IMG/VR virus record: IMGVR_UViG_3300045996_002337
Location: 248,001-312,000 of that record
DNA: 64,000 nt
Strand: one strand, 5' to 3'
Below the pieces are notes generated by a model. The model saw only the letters and a program-made list of their open reading frames with translations, did not search any database and was not told the origin of the DNA. The position numbers and the translations under genes are program-made. Positions 1 to 8,057 of the stretch are shown here, piece by piece. Position 1 is the first letter of the stretch. Each line of letters opens with the position of its first letter.

Positions 1-76
<76 letters not shown>

Positions 77-112
77 AATGTTCTATTTAGCAATTATATT
101 ACATGTGCTTTG

Positions 113-188
113 TCTGGGCGACAGGATTCGAACCTGCGACCTCTCACTTCCAAGGCGAGCCGTCTGACCTGACTGACAATACGCCCAG
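113..188 (-). tRNA. tRNA-Pro(TGG) second copy, no encoded CCA, acceptor stem extended by flanking complementarity
   Basis: ctcgc-ct-TGG-aa-gtgag; acceptor ctgggcg/cgcccag; T-loop ttcgaat. Confidence 0.8.
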
Positions 189-360
189 ACAAAACACACA
201 TAAACAAAAGATTGTTGAAGCTTCCTCTTGAGGCTCTGGGCCGGTTTTATCGGGATCCCAGCTGGGCCTTGTACCCAGTCAACAAAACTTTATTGAAATC
301 GGCGGATCTAAACAGCCTCCTGGCGTCCTAAACCCCGGATAGGGGAACCGAAATATAACT

Positions 361-444
361 TGGTGCGCTCGGGGAGACTCGAACTCCCACGCCTTTCGGC
401 ATCAGTCCCTCAAACTGACGTGTCTACCGTTCCACCACGAGCGC
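361..444 (-). tRNA. tRNA-Leu(GAG)
   Basis: tcagt-tt-GAG-gg-actga, long variable arm, CCA encoded. Confidence 0.92.
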
Positions 445-663
445 TTTTACCTCTGAATTTTCCTTTTGAGAAGGTGTGCGTTGACAGTTTGGACAGAGCA
501 ACGCCCAGAAACACATGAGATGTTGAACGACGGGATTCGAACCCGCACATTGCGCCGGTGATTAGCCGGTGCTAAGTATACCAATTCCTCACGTTATGCA
601 AACACGTTCAACAAAATCAACCATGCGCGGCTACCAATTACGCCACGAGTGCATTAAAACAAG

Positions 664-794
664 AGCAACAAAGGGCGATAACGAAAAGCCTTTCGGCGAG
701 CCGGCTGCCTTACCACTTGGCGACTATCAATTGCTCGATAGGTAGGATTCGAACCTACGTTTAGCTGGATAGATAATCATCATCAACGGTTGCT
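664..794 (-). ncRNA. YrlA-like Y RNA (circularly permuted tRNA mimic)
   Basis: Order is T-arm (gtaggttcgaatcctac), acceptor-like stem closed by a GCAA loop (ctatcga-gcaa-ttgatag), D-arm (gccaagtggtaaggc); ends pair (agcaac/gttgct, gatgatga/tcgttatc). Confidence 0.7.
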
Positions 795-801
795 AATTCT
801 G

Positions 802-875
802 TGGTGCCCCGTGGGTGAATCGAACACCCGACACCGGGTTACAAAGCCAGTGTTATACCACTTAACTAACGGGGC
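802..875 (-). tRNA. tRNA-Thr(TGT)
   Basis: Loop tt-TGT-aa, cloverleaf, CCA. Confidence 0.9.
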
Positions 876-901
876 AAAATTTGATATGCAAAAGTGTAAC
901 C

Positions 902-978
902 TGGAGTGCGAGGCCGGAATTGAACCGATGCGTCTCTTGTTTTGCAGACAAGCGGAAGGACCACTCTCCCACTCGCAC
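902..978 (-). tRNA. tRNA-Cys(GCA)
   Basis: cttgt-ct-GCA-aa-acaag, U73 discriminator, CCA. Confidence 0.88.
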
Positions 979-1123
979 ATAAAAATTGATGATCGTGAAG
1001 AGCTTTCCGAGGTGCGTCCCATGTCTATTAGGTCTAAGCATTCCCCTCGGCAATTCGTGGATTCCCCTTGCAACTTTTCGAGGGTTGCAAGCTCTTCTTG
1101 GCGCCGTCACTTACGATCAAACT

Positions 1124-1216
1124 TGGCGGAGACGGTGAGACTCGAACTCACACACCCATTTCTGAGCCTTCTGCTTTCAAGGCAGCTGCCGCTATGCCGA
1201 TTCGGCTAACGTCTCC
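1124..1216 (-). tRNA. tRNA-Ser(TGA)
   Basis: ct-TGA-aa loop, long variable arm, G73, CCA. Confidence 0.9.
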
Positions 1217-1221
1217 ATATT

Positions 1222-1297
1222 TGGTGGAGGCGACAGGGATCGAACCTGCGACCTGATGCTTGCAAAGCACCTGCTCTCCCAGCTGAGCTACACCCCC
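1222..1297 (-). tRNA. tRNA-Ala(TGC)
   Basis: Canonical cloverleaf, G3-U70, CCA. Confidence 0.95.
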
Positions 1298-1781
1298 GTT
1301 ATTCATTGAACTCATTTGGATAGGACTCGAACCTACACGAGGACCTCGCGGTTTGCTCTGCTCCTACTACGGAGCCGCGTCTACCAATTCCGCCAGCTTC
1401 AGAGTTCGCCGGGGTAATTAAGCCCGACAGCTGCTAGAAGGAGCGACCCTCTTCGCGACATTTGTTTTGCTCTGAACTCCGGGTTTTCTCCGGCAAAGGT
1501 TCCAGCTTCGGCAGTAAAGATACTCTTTCCAACGTCAGGCCAGACAGCATTCAAGCTGAGGGGAATCGAACCCCCAATCGGATTTTTCTCACATAACGTG
1601 TCAGTTAGGTCCTAGTCCTGGACGACTGCTATTTCCCCTTCACGCTGATGTCTGCTAGTTCAGAGCAAAACAAACATGTTGAACAGTTTCATCCGTAGGA
1701 TAACTGAAAACCTACCACCGCGGGTTGCATCCCGTTTCTCTTCGTGTATGGTGACACTAGCTGATGCTAATCAGCACGTAT

Positions 1782-1871
1782 TGGTGGATGCTGTCCGAAT
1801 CGAACGGACCTTAATGCTCAAAGCATTCATAAGCAAGTAACTTATGCCCACTCGTACCAACTACCACATCC
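1782..1871 (-). tRNA. Atypical class-II tRNA-like gene (nominal anticodon ACT, aberrant D-arm and anticodon loop)
   Basis: T-arm gtccgttcgattcggac, ACCA end, long variable arm aatgct/agcatt, loop ttACTtg lacks purine 37. Confidence 0.45.
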
Positions 1872-1876
1872 AATAC

Positions 1877-1952
1877 TGGTGGACCTAGAGGGAATCGAAC
1901 CCTACCCACAGATCACTTGCAAGGCGATCCGGCAACCCCAATGCTTAAGCCC
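1877..1952 (-). tRNA. tRNA-Ala(TGC), divergent second copy
   Basis: atcgc-ct-TGC-aa-gtgat, G3-U70, CCA; short atypical D-arm. Confidence 0.75.
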
Positions 1953-2072
1953 ATGTTGAATCAGGAATTCTTGTCAGCGTCCCGACTGAATAGGCAAGAA
2001 ATCGAATCTTGCAATACCGATCCTTGTAGATCGTCGCTGTCCCATTCGCGTTCTATTCAGAACTCCTAAACT

Positions 2073-2156
2073 TGGTGGTGTCGGCTGGATTCGAACCAGC
2101 GCGTCCTAGGAATCGGGTTTACAATCCGACGGTTTCAGCCACTCACCCACGACACC
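2073..2156 (-). tRNA. tRNA-Tyr(GTA)
   Basis: tt-GTA-aa loop, variable arm, CCA. Confidence 0.92.
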
Positions 2157-2289
2157 AATATTCTTTCTACCATTTCTCTATGCACAGGGATAGGACTTGA
2201 ACCTATCATAACCCGTTCCGGGAATCGAACCCCTTCCGCGAGGATGCGTCCAAGCGTGTACCCCAGTACTGACTCTATGCACAGAAAAA

Positions 2290-2364
2290 TGGTACCTCCT
2301 GACGGTATCGAACCGCCGACCCGCTCCGTGTAAAGGAGCCGCTCTACCACTGAGCTAAGGAGGC
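2290..2364 (-). tRNA. tRNA-Val(TAC)
   Basis: Loop tt-TAC-ac, cloverleaf, CCA. Confidence 0.93.
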
Positions 2365-2628
2365 AATGTGGATCGGATATTGTGCCTTCGACAGTTCCTC
2401 CATTACAGAGGCAGTCTCATTTGCTTGATACCGATCCAGATTTTACGTTGAATTTACGACGAGTTAGTCCTTAGCCGATCGTACCTTGCGGTCTCCACGG
2501 TCTCTTACTGGTCCGCGAGCTCTGACGAGCATTACAGCGGCTGACAGCAGTGAGTCTTAGTCTCAACGGTTCGTCAGAACCTCAGAGAACTTTCGTCGCT
2601 TTCAACGTAAGTTGTTGGCATTCCAAAT

Positions 2629-2640
2629 TGTTAAAGAGCA
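2629..2640 (-). promoter_or_regulatory. BoxA antitermination element
   Basis: TGCTCTTTAACA, the rrn BoxA consensus, just upstream of the tRNA array. Confidence 0.8.
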
Positions 2641-2757
2641 CCTAATGCATAACAATCTACTGACTTTGCTTTTTCAGCAAGGACTTAGTTTAAGTCGTCC
2701 TAGTCTCCACATCTTTTTAACACAAGTCCTGTGGTTGCTTGTGAGTTATGCACTAAG

Positions 2758-2832
2758 TTTTAAAGAACGTTTCGGTTTGTTTAACCGATGAAGCTATTAT
2801 ACAACAGCTTCCGAATTTTGTACACTGATTTT
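2758..2832 (-). promoter_or_regulatory. Promoter + hairpin + BoxA-like module, copy 1 of a ~75 bp direct repeat
   Basis: TGTACA-N17-TATAAT then cggtt..aaccg hairpin and GTTCTTTAAAA; near-identical copy at 2974-3048. Confidence 0.8.
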
Positions 2833-2973
2833 GCAATCAGCATTGTTGAACTCTACCGGCTTTCACTGTTCCGATTTCTCGGCTTCAGCTTCCCCAATTT
2901 ATGGTTTTTCCGATTAGTTCCCCAATCCTTGGCTTTTGCTTCAGGCTCTAAGGGGAACTGTTGTCCAACAAAT

Positions 2974-3048
2974 TTTTAAAGAACATTTCGGTTTGTTTAA
3001 CCGATGAAGCTATTATACAACAGCTTCCGAATTTTGTACAATGATTTT
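2974..3048 (-). promoter_or_regulatory. Promoter + hairpin + BoxA-like module, copy 2
   Basis: Direct repeat of 2758-2832. Confidence 0.8.
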
Positions 3049-3188
3049 TCAATCATTGCGTTTTTATTCTGCCAGCTTCATCCACTCTCAAGGAACCCTA
3101 TCTGGCTGGAAGACCATGCGTACTAACGGGTGGCTCTCCGATCGTTTACCCACTTAAGGGATATTGTGATTTGGTTTCCCTCTTCTAC

Positions 3189-3229
3189 AACCGATGAAGC
3201 TATTGTATCACAGCCTTACGACTTGTACA
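3189..3229 (-). promoter_or_regulatory. Third tRNA-array promoter
   Basis: TGTACA-N17-TACAAT followed by the same agcttcatcggtt start region. Confidence 0.75.
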
Positions 3230-3253
3230 CAGCTAATTTGTAACCAGATACAA

Positions 3254-3285
3254 CAAAGGGTCCAATCTTTCGAGAGGACCCTTTG
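3254..3285 (-). terminator. Intrinsic terminator or attenuator hairpin
   Basis: caaagggtcc/ggaccctttg 10-bp stem with U-rich tail. Confidence 0.7.
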
Positions 3286-3304
3286 GAGTAAGTTCATTCA
3301 ACTT

Positions 3305-3403
3305 TTATCCTTGGGTCCCCTTACGTGTATACACGGCGGGCACGAGCGCGGAGCTACCTGATCCAGGTAGGCATACGGCGGTCAATGTAAGCAGTGCGTT
3401 CAC
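3305..3403 (-). CDS. Putative 32-aa leader peptide MNALLTLTAVCLPGSGSSALVPAVYTRKGTQG
   Basis: AAGGA then GTG...TAA; 3' end ggggaccc is complementary to the terminator 5' arm. Confidence 0.45.
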   Translation of the reverse strand: MNALLTLTAVCLPGSGSSALVPAVYTRKGTQG

Positions 3404-3479
3404 GGAAGTTTAATCCTTGGTTTGGTTGTGTAATTCTATATATGCGTTTCGCCAGAAAGGCGAAGTTTCATCAACCTGT

Positions 3480-4133
3480 TTAATCAAGTCGCAGGTCAAT
3501 GATGCGCCGCGACTTGAGCTTTGGATGGGCTCCACGGTAGAAGCCACCCTCGTAAGGCATGTCTTCGAAGGTGGCGTAGAAGTCTTCGTTCACTTCAACG
3601 ACGAGGCCCATGAATGAGTATTTTTGAAACTGCTCACGAGTTGCATTGAAGATCTTCTCATGGCCATCATCGTCCATGTCGAAGTCCAATCCGAACGTTT
3701 CTTCAAATTGTTTGTCAAAGTCTTGGTTGAAGATTTCTTCATCAAGCCACGCATCGAAACCGATGATGAGCTTGTTGCCACGCGCGCTGTAACCGACGTA
3801 AACTTCCTGGGCCTCAGTGACTGGATAGTCAACATCGTATTCACCGTGCTCGTCAATGTCGGCCACGGTGCCGTCAAGCTCAAGGCGGATATTAACCGTA
3901 CTCGATTCGTCCTTTAGAAGGGCTTCAGCTTCTGCGATGGCACGCTCGAGGGCGGGCCCGTATTCTCCGCTCTTCGTGAAGACAGCTTCGCCACCAAACA
4001 TCAGGCGACCACTCTTTGCCAGAGTTCTAGCTGCCTTCTCGTAGGTGTTGGGGAAGTACTTGGTCAGTTCCTTGAGCTCGATGGGTTGGCCAGCAGGAGC
4101 TTCTTCTCTGATGATAATGTCGGTAAGTTTCAT
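3480..4133 (-). CDS. Acidic hypothetical protein, possible internal virion protein
   Basis: 217 aa; TATAAATA late-type promoter upstream; MKLTDII..E N-terminus. Confidence 0.7.
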   Translation of the reverse strand: MKLTDIIIREEAPAGQPIELKELTKYFPNTYEKAARTLAKSGRLMFGGEAVFTKSGEYGPALERAIAEAEALLKDESSTVNIRLELDGTVADIDEHGEYDVDYPVTEAQEVYVGYSARGNKLIIGFDAWLDEEIFNQDFDKQFEETFGLDFDMDDDGHEKIFNATREQFQKYSFMGLVVEVNEDFYATFEDMPYEGGFYRGAHPKLKSRRIIDLRLD

Positions 4134-4148
4134 AGGTGTCCAATGAAG

Positions 4149-4185
4149 AAAGGGTCGATCAGTTATTTATACCGATCGACCCTTT
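4149..4185. terminator. Hairpin (12-bp stem) whose loop holds a TATAAATA late promoter
   Basis: aaagggtcgatc / gatcgacccttt; loop reads ggTATAAATAact on minus strand. Confidence 0.65.
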
Positions 4186-4430
4186 AGTTTCTAGAAAGCG
4201 TTCAGAACAACTGATTGGTGATCGCTTCCGGCAGCCGGTCAATAAGATCGAGCACCTTGTCATCGCCTGCATAGCCCACAGAGAAGCGGAGCTCTGTTGC
4301 CAGTTCCGTCGATGCCTTAAGCACCTCATCACGTGTTGGGTCCTTAGGGAGCTTTACCTGATTCAGGAGCTCCTCAAGTTGCAGAGCTACGTTTTGCGGG
4401 AGCGCGACGTAAATTTCAGCGAGATCCATT

Positions 4431-4733
4431 TTAGCCCTGCAGAATCTGTGAAGGTGCAGACGAGACGATCTGAAGGCCCGTGGTATTTTGGATGTAGTTG
4501 TCCTCAACGTCCTTGGGCACATCAAATCGTGCTACGATCGAATGCGCTTCCAAAGGAATCTTGCCTTCGGCGATGATCGTCCATGGGAAGAAGTTGACCA
4601 TCAGACCTTGTGGGCCTTGAGACATTCTCAGCACCAGTGGGTCCTTTACGAGAACTCGCCCAACGTGATCTGTTTCGATCACGTTGGCAACGAGCTCTTC
4701 ACCTGTTACGAGCTTGATTCCTTGGATTGGCAT
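4431..4733 (-). CDS. Sm/Lsm-like domain protein
   Basis: IKLVTGEELVA...KDPL...FFPW pattern typical of phage Sm-like proteins. Confidence 0.6.
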   Translation of the reverse strand: MPIQGIKLVTGEELVANVIETDHVGRVLVKDPLVLRMSQGPQGLMVNFFPWTIIAEGKIPLEAHSIVARFDVPKDVEDNYIQNTTGLQIVSSAPSQILQG

Positions 4734-4742
4734 ATTTCCTGC

Positions 4743-5327
4743 TTAGAAGTTATACGAAACGCCGGTCGTGAGACCGTTTGAAACGAGATCAGCCTGACGC
4801 GTGTGGGCGAAGCCAGCGCGGAGGGCGATGGTCTTTGTCACAGCGTAGTCAACGCCGACGGTGTAGCGGTTTTGGTTTGGTGTGTCGCTGTTCAGGCCAT
4901 TGCGGTGACGATAGCCAACGAAGCCGTTCAGCGTTGTGGAGACAGGCACGGCACCTTCAACACCGACGCTGGCGTACGATGCGTTGCCGGTGAAGCCACC
5001 ACCATTTGGATCGATTTGGTTCAGGCGGCCGTAAGCAACACGGGCCTTGACGCCGTATTGACCAAAGGCGAAACCGTTACCATAACCAAGTTCGAAGCCA
5101 TTGGCGTCGTCATGGTTGGATTCGCCCTGATAACGAGCGAGCAGCACTCCACCGTCAAAGGTGCCAAAACGGGTGTCTTGAGCAACCGAAAGTTTGACTT
5201 CATGTGCAGCATTGAAACCTTCGCCATTGGCGCGGTCAACGTCATATGAAAGGCCAACAACAGGGCCAGCAGCGGAGGCAGTAGCGGCGGCAAATGCCAG
5301 CGTAAAAAGCGCGAAAGTTTTCTTCAT
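4743..5327 (-). CDS. Outer-membrane beta-barrel protein
   Basis: Signal peptide, amphipathic strands, C-terminal GVSYNF (Bam signal). Confidence 0.8.
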   Translation of the reverse strand: MKKTFALFTLAFAAATASAAGPVVGLSYDVDRANGEGFNAAHEVKLSVAQDTRFGTFDGGVLLARYQGESNHDDANGFELGYGNGFAFGQYGVKARVAYGRLNQIDPNGGGFTGNASYASVGVEGAVPVSTTLNGFVGYRHRNGLNSDTPNQNRYTVGVDYAVTKTIALRAGFAHTRQADLVSNGLTTGVSYNF

Positions 5328-5348
5328 CGAGAGGTCCTCTTGTAGTTA

Positions 5349-5768
5349 TCATCCATAGAAATACCAGTCCAAAGCTTCACTGACGTTCAGCTCTTTTCCG
5401 GTGATTGATTCCTTAACGACAATAATGTCGCCAAGGCCAGTAGGGGTAAACGAGTAAGTCAACCCACCACCAACAGCACCATAATATGGAGTGTCAGGTG
5501 AAATTGTATCAAACTGTTTCCCCTGAGCAGCCATGATTTCAGGACGAAGTGATTCGACCCATTCATCAACCACGGCTTGTTCCGCTCTATTTAGCACAAA
5601 TCGCGTTGCTTCTTTCTTGAATGCAGCACCGTATTTGCGCTTGAGTTCAAGTTCCTTTACTTCGCATTCCTTATCAAGGTCTGCAAAGATATGTGCGTGT
5701 GCTTTGACGACTGCGCGGGCTCTGTCAAGAGCCGTGAGTTGCTCAGTGTCGGGCGGCTTCTTGCTCAC
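5349..5768 (-). CDS. Conserved phage hypothetical protein (YYGAVGGGLTYSFTPTGLG)
   Basis: ORF overlapping the upstream stop (GTGA). Confidence 0.7.
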   Translation of the reverse strand: MSKKPPDTEQLTALDRARAVVKAHAHIFADLDKECEVKELELKRKYGAAFKKEATRFVLNRAEQAVVDEWVESLRPEIMAAQGKQFDTISPDTPYYGAVGGGLTYSFTPTGLGDIIVVKESITGKELNVSEALDWYFYG

Positions 5769-6067
5769 AGCGCTTCTGGCTTCTTGTAGAAGGACTTGAC
5801 GTTTGCAACTGTGAACGACCGCCAGCCCTCGCGATCAACTGCGTAGACATGAAGCAGGTGTTCTTGTTCGGGTCTTGCCTTCGTACCATCCTTTGCTGGA
5901 GGTAGAAGCTTCGGATCGAGGGTGGCTTCCATGATGGCGGGAGTACCGTCAACCTTGTTGAACTCCACGACCCAAACGCCGTGCTCGAGCTTAGAACGGT
6001 AGTCTTCCTTCAGGCCGGCTGTGTTGCCTTGCCACTTGTCGAGTAGGATTTGGGCGATGCTGCTCAC
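5765..6067 (-). CDS. WYL/SH3-like beta-barrel protein
   Basis: VEFNKVDG..ATL..VYAVDREGWRSF motif; GTG start overlaps upstream TGA. Confidence 0.65.
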   Translation of the reverse strand: MSSIAQILLDKWQGNTAGLKEDYRSKLEHGVWVVEFNKVDGTPAIMEATLDPKLLPPAKDGTKARPEQEHLLHVYAVDREGWRSFTVANVKSFYKKPEAL

Positions 6068-6261
6068 AGCGACTTCCCGGCGGCCTCGAAGACTGCATTC
6101 GTGAACTCCTCGCACAGTGCGGCGAGTGCATCCTCGCTGAGGTCAGCAAGCTTAAGCGTCGGAAGAGGCTTCGCGCCGTCTTCCCTCTTACCAGCCGGCA
6201 TGTCGATCGTGACTTCAGTTGGTACTGGGAAGGGCTTCAGTGTTAGGTTGATCGTTGCCAT
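6064..6261 (-). CDS. Hypothetical protein
   Basis: Coupled ORF, 65 aa. Confidence 0.6.
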   Translation of the reverse strand: MATINLTLKPFPVPTEVTIDMPAGKREDGAKPLPTLKLADLSEDALAALCEEFTNAVFEAAGKSL

Positions 6262-6766
6262 TGGGTTCTTTCATTTCGTCGATGTTGAGGATTCGGCCTT
6301 TGACTTGAAGGTTGGGCCATTCGAATGTCTCATTGTATACCGCATCGTCGAGGAGAACAACCTCAACGGAGGTTTGACCACTCTTCCACATGTGACGCAT
6401 GTTCAAACGAAAGGCCTCGTGCTTTCCCCAGAAGTCGGACATGTCCGAGAAGGTCAAGCTGTCTTGTGCAAGCCCCAAGACCCTGCAACAGGTTGGTAGG
6501 ATTTCACCGTCAACAGTGGGAACTTCCGTGAAGCTCATCCCCAAAGCACGCTCAATCATTGCCCTAGTTCCCATGTTAAAGCGTTCGCGCTGGGCTTCAT
6601 CCCAGATCGCGAACGAAAACACATGCATGAAATGTGGCTTGAAATCGGCAATGAAGGATTTTATCTTTGCAACATTCTTGAGGCGCGTGTTGAACCAGCC
6701 ATCAATCACCGGCGAAATGATTGTATCTTCGAGATCGAGGAAAAGATGGCGTACCGGTTCAGTCAT
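6215..6766 (-). CDS. HAD-superfamily phosphatase-like protein
   Basis: LFLDLEDT motif I, LLDD motif IV. Confidence 0.6.
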   Translation of the reverse strand: MTEPVRHLFLDLEDTIISPVIDGWFNTRLKNVAKIKSFIADFKPHFMHVFSFAIWDEAQRERFNMGTRAMIERALGMSFTEVPTVDGEILPTCCRVLGLAQDSLTFSDMSDFWGKHEAFRLNMRHMWKSGQTSVEVVLLDDAVYNETFEWPNLQVKGRILNIDEMKEPNGNDQPNTEALPSTN

Positions 6767-7071
6767 TTCAAATTTGCAAATTTTCCATCAGCGATCGTGT
6801 CTTGACATTTCGAAAGTGAAATTTTTAGGCCTTCGATGATGGTTGATGCAATGTGCTCTATCAGCCCAGGGTGCTTCTGAAGTTCCGCATCCAGCCCGGC
6901 ATTTATGGCTGCCAATTGCGGACTTTCAAGGAACGCTTTTGCCGCTTCTTTCAATTCGCTGGCCGTCGCAGGGTTACGCTCAAGCAAAAAATGGCCCCAA
7001 ATCAGTGTCACCTCATCGTAAAAATTCACGATCGTTGCTTGGACACTTTTGATTTTTTCTTGATTTGTCAT
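6763..7071 (-). CDS. Hypothetical protein
   Basis: Coupled ORF. Confidence 0.6.
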   Translation of the reverse strand: MTNQEKIKSVQATIVNFYDEVTLIWGHFLLERNPATASELKEAAKAFLESPQLAAINAGLDAELQKHPGLIEHIASTIIEGLKISLSKCQDTIADGKFANLK

Positions 7072-7379
7072 TAAATCTTCAGGTTTTTACTCAGCTCATT
7101 GAGCTTGGCCATCTCAGCCTTCGTTGCCTTCTCACCGGGGATCAAGCACATTTGCGCAAGATCTTTTGTCATCATTCGAAGGCCAGCTTCGCTGAGCTTT
7201 GAAGCCACAACAACTTTTTGTGCCGTCGGGGTGGTGTCAATTTGCGTGAAGAAAACGTACTGTGCACCGCTCCCACGTTTGGGAGCTGGGTAGAAGGCCT
7301 CAGTGAAGAGGCCGTTCGCCATCGGTGTGAGCTTTGCACGGTACCAAAGTCGTTGTTCGATTTGCTTTTCGTGTTTCAT
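7071..7379 (-). CDS. Hypothetical protein
   Basis: ORF downstream of a TATAAT promoter. Confidence 0.6.
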   Translation of the reverse strand: MKHEKQIEQRLWYRAKLTPMANGLFTEAFYPAPKRGSGAQYVFFTQIDTTPTAQKVVVASKLSEAGLRMMTKDLAQMCLIPGEKATKAEMAKLNELSKNLKI

Positions 7380-7459
7380 TGTGAGGAGCCGTGTTGTTGA
7401 GAGGGCTCCTTATCACATGAGTTGATTATAACACAACCTGAGGGCGATTCGAGAGAAGT

Positions 7460-7948
7460 TTAATCAGGTTGTTTCTGCTCTTCAATCAGCGGGACCGCTT
7501 CCTTTGGAGCCGGCTCAGAGAGCTGAATTACCCGTGGGGCGTATGTCGACTGCGGCCGAGCCTCAATTTCAATGGTCAGGAGACCATACTTGAGTTCGGC
7601 ACGCTTTACATCAAGACCTTCAGCAAGTTTGAATAGACGCTTGAAGCTGCGCCCCGCAATGCCCTGCGTGATTGACTCACGTTCTTGTTTTTCTGCGGTG
7701 TTCTGTTGCCCCTTAATCGTGAGCTCGCGCTGGTGCTCATCGAACTCAATGGTGATGTCCTCTTCCTTGAAGCCCGCAACTGCGACCTCGATGGTGTAGT
7801 TGTCACCGTCTTTGAAGATATTGATTGGAGGAAAGTGGTCGCGTTGTCCGCCGAAGGCGGTACCTGGGTTCAGGAGGAAATCCAGCTCAGCAAAGAGCGG
7901 GTCAAAACCGAGGTGGGTGGAGGCGAGTTTGGAAAAAATTGGATGCAT
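7460..7948 (-). CDS. Small heat-shock protein Hsp20 (IbpA-like)
   Basis: FPPINI..YTIEVAVAGF..GIAGRSFKR.F.L..GLLTI motifs. Confidence 0.92.
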   Translation of the reverse strand: MHPIFSKLASTHLGFDPLFAELDFLLNPGTAFGGQRDHFPPINIFKDGDNYTIEVAVAGFKEEDITIEFDEHQRELTIKGQQNTAEKQERESITQGIAGRSFKRLFKLAEGLDVKRAELKYGLLTIEIEARPQSTYAPRVIQLSEPAPKEAVPLIEEQKQPD

Positions 7949-8033
7949 AGTACACTCCTTCTTTGAAGCAAGTTAATTACATGGGCCCCGAAGCGACCCT
8001 CTACCAATGCGGACCCGAAGCATCCGCATTGGT
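7949..8033 (-). promoter_or_regulatory. ROSE-like RNA thermometer leader of hsp20
   Basis: Two UUCG hairpins then cUUGCU opposite the AGGAG SD; TAAATA promoter upstream. Confidence 0.6.
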
Positions 8034-8057
8034 ATTTATAACATGAACGTTGGAATT

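Noticed and set aside
445-652. Intron-containing tRNA-Leu
   Set aside because: No matching 3' half, and no group I or II intron core is recognisable.
783-2979. ORF-track ORFs over the tRNA array
   Set aside because: They overlap tRNA and ncRNA genes and show no protein features.
2758-3229. CRISPR array
   Set aside because: The repeats are promoter modules, too long and too few, with no regular spacers or cas genes.
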